DNA of 64,000 nt from Magnetococcales bacterium (GTDB lineage: Bacteria; Pseudomonadota; Magnetococcia; Magnetococcales; Magnetaquicoccaceae): positions 16,648-80,647 of the forward strand of contig JADFWP010000004.1 in the NCBI GenBank assembly GCA_015234115.1, read 5' to 3'. The stretch's first letter is position 1; each line of letters opens with the position of its first letter. Both the position numbers and the translations under genes were made by a program. Below are positions 26,296 through 35,528 of the stretch, in pieces. The notes under the pieces were generated by a model. It worked only from the letters and a program-made list of their open reading frames with translations, was not told the DNA's origin and searched no databases.

Positions 26296-27231
26296 ATGGA
26301 TACCACCGCGACCAGCAACAGAAGAAGGCATGAACGGGTTTTCAGTGGCATGCCGATGGAATTCAATGGCTGTTCCGGCAATGCCCTGGATGTGAATGAA
26401 ATTGCCTTGTTCCTGGTGTTGCCCAACACCTGTCCGATGCAGGTCGGTCAAACGGGTGTGCTGAAATTCACCCTGGACGGAGTCCGGATGGAGGAAAAGG
26501 TCTCGGTGGCACGCGTCACCAAAACCGGTGTCTCCTTGGTTTCGACCGAAGAAGTCAGCACCTTTCCAAGATTGATGGGATCCTTGCGCAGCGGGGTCAA
26601 ATTCGTCAAGCATACGGCGTCTGAAACCGCTGCGCACTTTCGTGGTGAGTTCAGTGCCGATTTCTGGGATGATTTTGTCAAAATCTACCAGGGAAAAGAA
26701 CACGCCAGGCGCTATCGATTGAATTTCACCAATGTGACCAGTATGACCTCATCCGGTCTGGCCATGTTGCTGCATCTGGATATCCACAATCAAGGCGAGA
26801 AGGAAAGCATCCTGATTTCTCATTGCAACAAGGAGGTTCTCAAGTCTCTGGCACCGTTGCATGGATCCAATACCGGTATCGTCATTGTCACGAATGATCT
26901 CCAGGATGATGAATCGCATAAATTCAAGGTCAGTACGGTCCGGGATGCGGAGGGACATACGACCGTGACAATCCGGATTGCCCCGCTCTTCGATTACAAT
27001 TGCAGGAATCATTTTGCCAAAATTTATCGTGGTCGCTCTGGCAAGACCGATTATATTTTAGATTTCCAGGATACCGTCCATATCGGGAAGGCGGCCTTTG
27101 GGACCATGCTGTTGTTGAACCAACACAATCGTGAACATCAAGGACGTTCCATCCGCATCATTCATTGCAACCCATCGATCCGGGGCGCGCTGGATGGGAT
27201 GAAATTCGACACCTTTTTTGAATTTATCTAG
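26296..27231 (+). CDS. PilZ-like plus two STAS (anti-anti-sigma) domain protein
   Basis: NRRRHER PilZ-type motif; STAS1 LNFTNVTSMTSSGLAMLL; STAS2 LDFQDTVHIGKAAFGTML. Confidence 0.75.
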   Translation: MDTTATSNRRRHERVFSGMPMEFNGCSGNALDVNEIALFLVLPNTCPMQVGQTGVLKFTLDGVRMEEKVSVARVTKTGVSLVSTEEVSTFPRLMGSLRSGVKFVKHTASETAAHFRGEFSADFWDDFVKIYQGKEHARRYRLNFTNVTSMTSSGLAMLLHLDIHNQGEKESILISHCNKEVLKSLAPLHGSNTGIVIVTNDLQDDESHKFKVSTVRDAEGHTTVTIRIAPLFDYNCRNHFAKIYRGRSGKTDYILDFQDTVHIGKAAFGTMLLLNQHNREHQGRSIRIIHCNPSIRGALDGMKFDTFFEFI

Positions 27232-27254
27232 CACTTGACCGTTGGGGGTGTGCC

Positions 27255-29126
27255 ATGCTCGACGATGATGCCCTTAAATTGACCCTGTTTGCGCAGGAGT
27301 CCCAAAGACGTCTGGCCACCAGCCTGTCGGATCTGCATGCCCTGAGCAGCGCGGATACCGCATCCCGACAAACCATTCTGGATCGCCTGCTCCGGACCAT
27401 ACGCGGCATCGGTGGAGCGGCTCCCTTTCATAACCTGAACCGCATCAACCAGTTGAGCGAATCAATTGAGACGCTTTTGTCCCGGTTGCGGAATCGGGTG
27501 GAATGGATCGGACCAGAAAATACGGCCGCGCTCATGGCCGGAGTGCGCAAATTGCATCAACTCTTAAACGACCTCAAGGCAAGCGAATCACTCGCCATCG
27601 AGGAGGAACTCGCTGCTCTGCAGGCTGCGCTGTTGGCATGCACGACACCAACCACGTTCGATCTGTCGCAGTATCCCCAGGCCGTCTCCCTGGCCGTCAG
27701 CCAGGGCTTGCACTTTTTTTCGATTGCCCTGCCCCTGTCCCGCAATCCTGCAACCAACCGCAAAAAGTTCACGGAGGTCAAAGAGCAACTGCAAGTGGTC
27801 GGAACCCTGATCGCTTCCCTGCCGGAACTCGGAGAAGATTGGGAGTGGATGGATGACACTCAGGCCGAGGCCATGCGCCTGCTGGTGTTGACCGTCTTGC
27901 AGAAAGATCTGTTGAGCGGCCTGACCCAACTCCCCCCGGATCAGATTGTGCCGTTGTCGATTCCCGAAGCCCTGCAACACCTGGTTGCCGTTCCGGAGGG
28001 GCCATCCGGGACAGAGGATCCCCATCCGTTCGTGGAAGAGTTCGTGGCAGATCCCGAACCCTCCATACAAGAAGAGCCGGATCTGCTGACGGAATCCCAA
28101 TTGGGCGATGTGGAATATCGCATGCGTCAGACCCACATGGAGGAGATCGAACGGCAACGTGTACAATTCGAGGAACAGTTGCGCGCAGAACAAAGACAGG
28201 CAGCCCTGCTGGCGAACCAGTTGCAACGCAAAAGAAGGCAGTCAAGAATCGGTTGGGGCGTGGCGGTTGGCGGCGTGACCGTGGTGGCGGCGCTGATGCT
28301 TGCCAAGGGGCTGGATGATTTTCCATTTTTCCCAAAAAACCAGAAAGAGGCGCGGGTCGTCGCTCCGGTCCCCCCTCCTCCGGTCTCTGCGCCCAAAGAG
28401 CCGGAAAGAATCTCCGCGCCATCCAAACCGCTCCCTGAGCCTGTCATCCAGCCGACCACCACATCGAGTGTGGCACCGGTCGTCGAGCCGCCCCCCCCCG
28501 CACCTCCGGAGTCGGCAGAACCAAAGGAAAAACCGGCCCAATCCGCGTCCGTTCCAGACCCATCCGCCAAACCGGATGCCGTGACCGCTCCGGCGCAGAC
28601 GCCCAAAGAGGAGACCAAACTCCCGCAAGCCACCCCGGAGCGGGCGAACCAGAAACAGCCGGGCGATCTCTCCGGTCCGCGTGCATTTCTGGGCCAATAC
28701 CAGGATCATTTCCAACCCATTGTGCGCCTGGTGAATGCGCCCTACGAGAAAATCACCCCGGCCAAGGGAACCAGACATGGCAGTCTGGCCTACCGGCGCA
28801 ACGAAAATCGGGATGTCGTCTTTTCGATTGCCGAAATGATGGGACACACGGCTTCCCGTCCGGGTGACACCTTCAAAATCACTCCGGAGAGCATGGCAGA
28901 ACTGAAATTGGTTCTGCAACTGGAGCGCGGTTCGGCCTATCTGTTTGAATTGGATCCATCCGGAAAAGTCGTGGTCCCCAGCGCCTTCTTTGATCCCTTT
29001 GCCAGGATCAGCAAAAAGGGGGTGACGATCAGTCGGGTGGTCGAACAGGATGCACAAGGGGTGCATCTGCGGGATGTGACCGCGATCTCCATGCGCTCCA
29101 TCGTCAAGGCGGTCTCAACGAAGTAG
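27255..29126 (+). CDS. Membrane-anchored protein with N-terminal degenerate CheA-P1 (Hpt)/P2-like region and Pro-rich extracytoplasmic part
   Basis: LFAQES...LLRTIRGIGGAAPFHNLNRINQLSESIETLLSRLR resembles CheA P1 without the His; TM GWGVAVGGVTVVAALMLA; Pro-rich linker. Confidence 0.7.
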   Translation: MLDDDALKLTLFAQESQRRLATSLSDLHALSSADTASRQTILDRLLRTIRGIGGAAPFHNLNRINQLSESIETLLSRLRNRVEWIGPENTAALMAGVRKLHQLLNDLKASESLAIEEELAALQAALLACTTPTTFDLSQYPQAVSLAVSQGLHFFSIALPLSRNPATNRKKFTEVKEQLQVVGTLIASLPELGEDWEWMDDTQAEAMRLLVLTVLQKDLLSGLTQLPPDQIVPLSIPEALQHLVAVPEGPSGTEDPHPFVEEFVADPEPSIQEEPDLLTESQLGDVEYRMRQTHMEEIERQRVQFEEQLRAEQRQAALLANQLQRKRRQSRIGWGVAVGGVTVVAALMLAKGLDDFPFFPKNQKEARVVAPVPPPPVSAPKEPERISAPSKPLPEPVIQPTTTSSVAPVVEPPPPAPPESAEPKEKPAQSASVPDPSAKPDAVTAPAQTPKEETKLPQATPERANQKQPGDLSGPRAFLGQYQDHFQPIVRLVNAPYEKITPAKGTRHGSLAYRRNENRDVVFSIAEMMGHTASRPGDTFKITPESMAELKLVLQLERGSAYLFELDPSGKVVVPSAFFDPFARISKKGVTISRVVEQDAQGVHLRDVTAISMRSIVKAVSTK

Positions 29127-29158
29127 ATCCCAACCAAAGGATTGGAAAGGAAATTCTC

Positions 29159-31144
29159 ATGTCCATACAATCGATTGCAGCGGTTCCGATAGCCTTTCCG
29201 GTGTCGATCCGGAACACGGAATGTGATCCGGTTCTGGTGATCGTGGGATTGGCCAATGCGGGCAAGAGTACGCTGTTCAATACCATTGCCAAAACCTACA
29301 CCATGGTGGCCAACTATCCGCAAACCACCGTGGCCCCCAATCAGAAGAAAATCGTGCTGCATGGACGCAAGGTGACCGTCATCGACACCCCCGGCATCTC
29401 CTCGCTGGTTGCGTTGACGCCGGACGAACAATCCACCTTGGACCTGCTGCTCGGCAAAAAGCCTTGCCGGATTTTATTCTGCGGGGATGCGTTGCGACTC
29501 AAGCAAAGCCTGATCCTGTTTGCCCAGATTCGCGAATTGGCCATTCCCACCGTCTTTTGCCTCAACAAGGCTGACGAGGCCGCCCGTCGTGGCATTGTCA
29601 TCGATACGGAACAACTGTCTCGTGAGGCAGGCACCCGTGTCATCCTGGCCGATGCCTCGCACGGCATCGGCATGAAACCCTTGTTGCAACAACTGGAAAG
29701 CGTATCCCTGCCCGTGGGCGGAATGATCCAGTATCCCGAAGATCTGGAGCAGGTGATCACGCGCATTGGCGCTCTGTTCGACGTAACCAAACGCCCCTCC
29801 AGGGGGCAACTGTTGCAGATCATCCAGTCCATGGAAGGCCCGACCCGTCTGCTGGCAGACCGCTTTTCCACTGAGATGATCGCCAAAGCCCAGGAGATTC
29901 TTCGTGAACTGCATTGGCGTCACTCCCCATCGGCCTTGCAGTTGCGGATCTTCAACGGCCGGGAAGAGTGGGCCGAGCGACTCTCCAGACAGGTGACACG
30001 CCGGTCGGAAATCCCCATTCATTCGTTTTTCCAGAAGCTGGCCTGGGCCTCCCGGCATCCCTGGTTGGGCTGGCCGATCTTTCTGGCCATTCTATGGCTG
30101 ACCTTTCATGGGGTGGTGGTGCTTTCGTCCGAGATGGCCGGTTTCCTGGATGGCGTAATCTTCAAGCCTTTGGCCACAACCATTGAAGAATGGGTGAATC
30201 ATCCCGGAATCAACGAATTCCTGGTGGGCAATTTCGGTCTGTTGACCATGGGGTTGTTCAACGCCATGGTCACGGTGGTGCCGATTTTGCTGGTCTTCTT
30301 TCTGATCATGAACATCCTGGAAGATACCGGCTATCTGCCCAATCTCAGCGTCCTGGCCAACCGCACCCTGTCGCCCTTCGGGCTTTCCGGCAAGGCCGTG
30401 CTGCCGCTGGTGTTGGGCACAGGCTGCAATACCATGGCCACCCTGACCAGCCGGATCCTGGAGACCCGCAAGGAACGATTGATGGCGGTCTTTCTGATCG
30501 CCCTGGGTATGCCCTGTGCGGTCCAGTTGGGAATCATGATGGCCATTCTGGCCACCATCCCCTTTTCAGCCATGCTGATCGTCCTGGCTGCGGTGGCCGG
30601 CACGCAGATCGTCTGCGGCGTGATCCTGAACCGTGTCATCGGTACGCGTCAGGGCAAAGGGGCGGAGTTCATCCTGGAACTCCCGCCATTCCGCTGGCCG
30701 GATCCGCTCCATGTGGTACGCAAAACCTATTATCGGGTCAAATGGTTCCTGTGGGAAGCCGTCCCCATGTTCATGGTCGCCGCCCTGATGATGTACACCC
30801 TGGAAAAAAGTGGCATCCTGGAACGGCTGAAAGAGTGGTTCCATCCGGTGGTGACGGGATTTCTCTCCCTGCCCGACAAGGTTACCGAAGTTTTCATTCT
30901 GGTTCTCTCCCGCCGGGAAGTGGGCGCCGTCTATTTCAAGGATATGGTCGATGGGAGTGAGTTGAGCTTCCAGCAGATCGTGGTCGGTCTGGTCGTCATG
31001 ACCCTGTTTATTCCCTGCGCCTCCAACACCATGATGATGATCAAGGAGATCGGTCCCAAATGGGCGATCAGCATGAATATCGCCATCATTCTGTTGGCGA
31101 TTCTGGTCGGTGGGTTGGTCAATTTTCTCATGAACATCTTTTAA
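29159..31144 (+). CDS. feoB: Ferrous iron transporter FeoB
   Basis: G1 GLANAGKST, ANYPQTTV, DTPG, NKAD; LEDTGYL, GTGCN, FILELPPFRWP, LFIPC. Confidence 0.95.
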   Translation: MSIQSIAAVPIAFPVSIRNTECDPVLVIVGLANAGKSTLFNTIAKTYTMVANYPQTTVAPNQKKIVLHGRKVTVIDTPGISSLVALTPDEQSTLDLLLGKKPCRILFCGDALRLKQSLILFAQIRELAIPTVFCLNKADEAARRGIVIDTEQLSREAGTRVILADASHGIGMKPLLQQLESVSLPVGGMIQYPEDLEQVITRIGALFDVTKRPSRGQLLQIIQSMEGPTRLLADRFSTEMIAKAQEILRELHWRHSPSALQLRIFNGREEWAERLSRQVTRRSEIPIHSFFQKLAWASRHPWLGWPIFLAILWLTFHGVVVLSSEMAGFLDGVIFKPLATTIEEWVNHPGINEFLVGNFGLLTMGLFNAMVTVVPILLVFFLIMNILEDTGYLPNLSVLANRTLSPFGLSGKAVLPLVLGTGCNTMATLTSRILETRKERLMAVFLIALGMPCAVQLGIMMAILATIPFSAMLIVLAAVAGTQIVCGVILNRVIGTRQGKGAEFILELPPFRWPDPLHVVRKTYYRVKWFLWEAVPMFMVAALMMYTLEKSGILERLKEWFHPVVTGFLSLPDKVTEVFILVLSRREVGAVYFKDMVDGSELSFQQIVVGLVVMTLFIPCASNTMMMIKEIGPKWAISMNIAIILLAILVGGLVNFLMNIF

Positions 31145-31154
31145 GGTAGCCCGC

Positions 31155-31847
31155 ATGAACCTCGAAACATCGCATCAGAAAGATGAACTTCTGGAGATGC
31201 TGTGGCGTCTGCATGAATTCTATGAACTGACCCTGCCTGCTTTTCACGAGCATGATCCAACGGGTGTATACCAGGGCTATTTGAGAGAATTTGCCAGCAA
31301 CGGCATTCTTCGTCTGGAAGGGGAACAGATCATTCTGACCCCGGAAGGTTTGGAAATGGCCCGTGGTCTGGTGCGTCGTCACCGGCTGGCCGAACGTTTG
31401 ATCGTGGATGTGTTGGGCAAACGTCCCGAGGAGACCGAACAATCGGCCTGTGAATTCGAACACATCCTCGCTCCGGAGCTGGTCGAAGCGATCTGCACCC
31501 TGTTGGGTCATCCCCGCTTTTGTCCCCATGGAATTCCGATTCCGGAAGGTTCCTGCTGTCTGGAGTCCAGAAAAAGCGTGGAGAGTGCCGTCATCCCTCT
31601 GACCCATCTGGCCAAGGGACAGGCGGGACGCATCGTCTTCCTGAACACTCATGACAATACCAGGTTGCAAAAATTATTACATATCGGGCTGGTTCCAGGA
31701 ACCTGGGTGACTCTGTTGCAACACTACCCAGCCCTGGTGATCGTGGTGGAAAACAGTCAAATCGCCCTGGAGTCCGCCATCGGAGATGAAATTCGTGTGG
31801 TTCCTCGGGACATCTCTCACTCTGACGATTATGGTTCGATACGATAA
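31155..31847 (+). CDS. DtxR/MntR-family metal-binding protein with C-terminal FeoA domain
   Basis: RRHRLAERL...SACEFEH...GHPRFCPHGIPIP; FeoA-like RLQKLLHIGLVPGTWV. Confidence 0.88.
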   Translation: MNLETSHQKDELLEMLWRLHEFYELTLPAFHEHDPTGVYQGYLREFASNGILRLEGEQIILTPEGLEMARGLVRRHRLAERLIVDVLGKRPEETEQSACEFEHILAPELVEAICTLLGHPRFCPHGIPIPEGSCCLESRKSVESAVIPLTHLAKGQAGRIVFLNTHDNTRLQKLLHIGLVPGTWVTLLQHYPALVIVVENSQIALESAIGDEIRVVPRDISHSDDYGSIR

Positions 31848-31856
31848 GGAATTCCG

Positions 31857-32687
31857 ATGATACAAGTTGATTTGAGTGTAGCCCGCATCGCGCATGTACT
31901 CTGGGAAGCGGAACTGGAAGAGATGGTCGGGCAAACCCGCAAGACCATCCGTTTGACCTCTCACGAAGAGTGCGAACTCGGGACCTGGCTGCACGGAGAA
32001 GGGATCCGGGAATTGTATCATCTGGATCCGATCCGGCAATTGGTCAGCGTACATGAACAATTTCATCATGCTGCGGAGCGCCTCGTCTCGCTGATCGCCA
32101 TGGGTACTCCGGAAGAGATCGAGCGTGAAATGAACCGTGTGCGCATGTTGAGCCGAGACATTGTGTATCGAATCACCGAAGCCGAATTGGATTATCTGGA
32201 ACATAAACCGCTCAGTGATTTTGCGGCTCATCCGTTCAAGAGCTTGATTCATCGCCTGTTCAATATCCATCTTCCAGAGCAGGAAGAAAGTGAACAGCGT
32301 GGCATTCTGGAGGTAAGTCATGCCCGCCTGATGCATCTGCGCTGGTCGCGTCAACTGTTGCGCGCTTTCCAACACTGGGGCAAAGATGCGGTGTTGGACA
32401 GTGCCGACGCCTGTCCGGTCGGTCTCTGGATTCATGAGACCAAATCGAGACATCCGCTTGTCCAGGAGATCATCCAGACATTGGACGAAAAACATAAATT
32501 ATTTCATCTCAAAACAGAGGAGACTATTCGTCTGCTGCGTCGCAAGAATTTTCGCAAGTCCGAAACAACCTATGGCGAAGTTGTTTTTCTTGGGCGCGAA
32601 GTTCTATATCTTCTGACACGCATTGAAATGGCATTCCTTCAGTCAGGTGAAGTGGTCGCCCCGATCAATGTGGTCAGACATGGATGA
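31857..32687 (+). CDS. Stand-alone tandem CZB (chemoreceptor zinc-binding) domain protein
   Basis: AHVLW...SHEECELGTWL...HEQFH and MHLRW...ACPVGLWI...HKLFH: two His/Cys/His/His CZB motifs. Confidence 0.85.
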   Translation: MIQVDLSVARIAHVLWEAELEEMVGQTRKTIRLTSHEECELGTWLHGEGIRELYHLDPIRQLVSVHEQFHHAAERLVSLIAMGTPEEIEREMNRVRMLSRDIVYRITEAELDYLEHKPLSDFAAHPFKSLIHRLFNIHLPEQEESEQRGILEVSHARLMHLRWSRQLLRAFQHWGKDAVLDSADACPVGLWIHETKSRHPLVQEIIQTLDEKHKLFHLKTEETIRLLRRKNFRKSETTYGEVVFLGREVLYLLTRIEMAFLQSGEVVAPINVVRHG

Positions 32688-32885
32688 ATGATTAGGTTCA
32701 GAGGGTGATGGTTCCTTGGTTCTGATCGGATCATCTCTTTCGATGTGATCTTTCGGGTCGCAGAGACTGATGTACAAACTTGAGTTATGGAAAAAGAATC
32801 ATTGATGATTGCATGCCGGACGACTGGAGAAACAATGGTCAATAGGCGATCAACAGGACAACCCTAAAGAACTCCAGAGGAAGCC

Positions 32886-35528
32886 ATGTTGCAGCAACAG
32901 AATCCGGAACAACAAAAATGGGGCAGTTATCTTCTGCTCGTCTTGCTGACGCTTGTCATGGGATTTGTATTGATCTTTCAGATGAAACAAATCGTTGCAG
33001 CCAATGATAAACTGTACAAACATCCCTTTCATGTGAGCAATGCAGCCCAACGTACCAAGCTCTCACTTTTTCAGATGCAGACCATCATTCAAGATCTGAT
33101 TGAAAGTGACGACCCTGATTATCAGGATGCCGTATGGAAAGACATGGCCAAAAAAGAGATTGAATTCAATAATAATTTGCGAATGATTGAAGAAAGGTTC
33201 CTGGGAAGTCACGAACTGGTGCGTCACATCAAGACCGAGTGTTCGCAATTGCGTCAGATGCAGCAGGAGGTTTTTGACCTGATTCGACTGGGAAACCTGC
33301 AGGAGGCGATTCTCAAAGAGCAGGAGATGAGCCGCGAACGCATCATGAAACTGGAACAGTTGATCAACGAAGTGGTGACCTTCGCGGAAAACAAGGCGTT
33401 CTATTTCCAACAGGAGAGCAAAAACGCGCAACAAAAGGCGATCCGGATCAGCATAGCTTTTGTTGCTGCGATCATCCTGATCTCTGCCCTGATTACGCGC
33501 AAGCAGTTTTTGCATTTTCTCGCACTGTACCGGATAAACCAGGCAGACATGGCCACTCTGCATCAGACCCTGGCCGCTCTGTCGCGCAGCGAGAGCCGTT
33601 TGATGGGCATCATCAACAATTCAAACGCCTTGATCTATCTGAAAGACACGCTTGGACATTACCTGTTGATCAATCGACGATTTAAGGAGTTGTTTGGTGT
33701 CAAAAATCAGGAAATAAGCAACAAAACAGCGTTCGATCTGTTGCCACCAGAGATCGCCTCCGATCACTGGCAACAGGATTGCCAGGTCATGAAGAATCAA
33801 ACGATTGTTGAGCAGGAGTTGATTGTTCCCTGTGAAGACAAACAACGCATCTATCTTTCCGTCAAGTTTCCCATGTATGATGGCACGGGACAACTCATAG
33901 GGATTGGCGCCATCGATACGGACATCACCGAGCGGAAACGGACCGATGATGCCCTGCGTACCTTCCATGAACTGCTGGAAACTTTGTTTCATACGAGTCA
34001 TCTGTCCATTGCCTTTCTGGACCGGAATTTCAATTTCATTCGGGTGAATCGTTCCTATGCCGAGAAATGCGCGCGCGATGTCGAATTCTTTCCGGGCAGG
34101 AACCATTTCGATCTTTATCCGCATCCAGAAAACGAGGCGATTTTCCGGCAGGTGGTGGAGAGCGCGACACCGTTTACGGTCCAGGCCAAGCCTTTCGTCT
34201 TTCCCGATCATCCCGAATGGGGTGTCACCTATTGGGACTGGTCCCTGATCCCCATATTGGGCCAGGATGGATATGTGGAAACCCTGATTTTCACCCTGCT
34301 CGACGTGACGGAGAACAAGCTCAACGAACAGGAACTCCACGATACCAATCGCATGTTGCGCACCATTCTGGACGCCATCCCGATTCATGTATTCTGGAAA
34401 GATACGGCACTGAATTATCTGGGAGGCAATCGCGCTTTCTTTACAACCGCCGGCTTTGATCGTCCCGACCAAATCATTGGCAAAAGCGATTATGACATGC
34501 CGTGGTTCAAAATGGCCGAGGAATTTCGTCGTTTTGATCGCGAGGTGATCGACAGTGGTCAGAGTGTTTATGCACGCGAGATGATGGTTGAGAGACAGGA
34601 GGGTGTGGTCCGTTGGATCTCTGCCACCAAGATCCCTCTCCGGGAAAATGACGGCACCATTTTGGGTGTGCTGGGTGTCGTTGAAGACATTACAGCCATC
34701 AAAATGGCTGAGAAGGAACGAATACGCCTGCAAGAACAAACCTATCAGAATGACCGGCTGGCATCGATGGGATTGCTGGCGGCCGGCATTGCGCATGAGG
34801 TCAACAATCCCAATAACATCATCGTGGTGAACACCAATCTGTTGCAGACGATGTGGCAGGATGCCAAGGGGATTCTGGATGGCTATTTTCATCGCAACGG
34901 GGATTTCTCCCTGGGCGGCGCGCCCTATTCCGAGATCGGAGAAACAGTGGCTGTGTTGATGTCCGGCGTCGAGGAGAATGCCAGACGCATCAAATCGATC
35001 ATCAACAACATGAAAATGTTGGCGCGCCCCCAGCAAAAACCCAACATGCAACCCATGGATTTGCGGGAGATTCTCAATAGAGCGGTACAATTCTTGCAAG
35101 AAAGAATCAGGCGGCATACGAATCATTTTGACACGCAATGGGAATCCCGCCCGCATGTCGTGACCGGAAACCCGGAACAACTGTTTCAAGTCTTTACCAA
35201 CCTGATTCTGAACGCCTTGCAATCATTGAACAGCCGGGAGGATCCGGTTGCGGTCGTCATGATGCGGAATACGGTTTCCCGCACCATCCGCATCGAAATT
35301 CGCGATGCAGGCTGCGGCATTGCCCCGGAGCATCTGTCGCGCCTGGGAGAGACCTTCTTTACGACGCGTCAGGAGAAGGGCGGCATGGGATTGGGCGTTT
35401 CAATTACCAAAAGAATTGTTGCGCTGCATCAAGGAACACTATCGATACAATCGGAACTCGGTCACGGTTCTCTGATTGTGATCGATTTCCCGGAGTGGAA
35501 CGATGAATCCATCCATGAATCTGTCTGA
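32886..35528 (+). CDS. NtrB-like membrane sensor kinase (four-helix sensor domain, 3 PAS, HisKA, HATPase)
   Basis: Two TM segments, PAS motifs, AAGIAHEVNNP, QVFTNLILNA, DAGCGI, GGMGLG. Confidence 0.92.
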   Translation: MLQQQNPEQQKWGSYLLLVLLTLVMGFVLIFQMKQIVAANDKLYKHPFHVSNAAQRTKLSLFQMQTIIQDLIESDDPDYQDAVWKDMAKKEIEFNNNLRMIEERFLGSHELVRHIKTECSQLRQMQQEVFDLIRLGNLQEAILKEQEMSRERIMKLEQLINEVVTFAENKAFYFQQESKNAQQKAIRISIAFVAAIILISALITRKQFLHFLALYRINQADMATLHQTLAALSRSESRLMGIINNSNALIYLKDTLGHYLLINRRFKELFGVKNQEISNKTAFDLLPPEIASDHWQQDCQVMKNQTIVEQELIVPCEDKQRIYLSVKFPMYDGTGQLIGIGAIDTDITERKRTDDALRTFHELLETLFHTSHLSIAFLDRNFNFIRVNRSYAEKCARDVEFFPGRNHFDLYPHPENEAIFRQVVESATPFTVQAKPFVFPDHPEWGVTYWDWSLIPILGQDGYVETLIFTLLDVTENKLNEQELHDTNRMLRTILDAIPIHVFWKDTALNYLGGNRAFFTTAGFDRPDQIIGKSDYDMPWFKMAEEFRRFDREVIDSGQSVYAREMMVERQEGVVRWISATKIPLRENDGTILGVLGVVEDITAIKMAEKERIRLQEQTYQNDRLASMGLLAAGIAHEVNNPNNIIVVNTNLLQTMWQDAKGILDGYFHRNGDFSLGGAPYSEIGETVAVLMSGVEENARRIKSIINNMKMLARPQQKPNMQPMDLREILNRAVQFLQERIRRHTNHFDTQWESRPHVVTGNPEQLFQVFTNLILNALQSLNSREDPVAVVMMRNTVSRTIRIEIRDAGCGIAPEHLSRLGETFFTTRQEKGGMGLGVSITKRIVALHQGTLSIQSELGHGSLIVIDFPEWNDESIHESV

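Noticed and set aside
27255-29126. A true cheA gene
   Set aside because: No phospho-His, no dimerisation, HATPase or CheW domains, and it has a TM segment.
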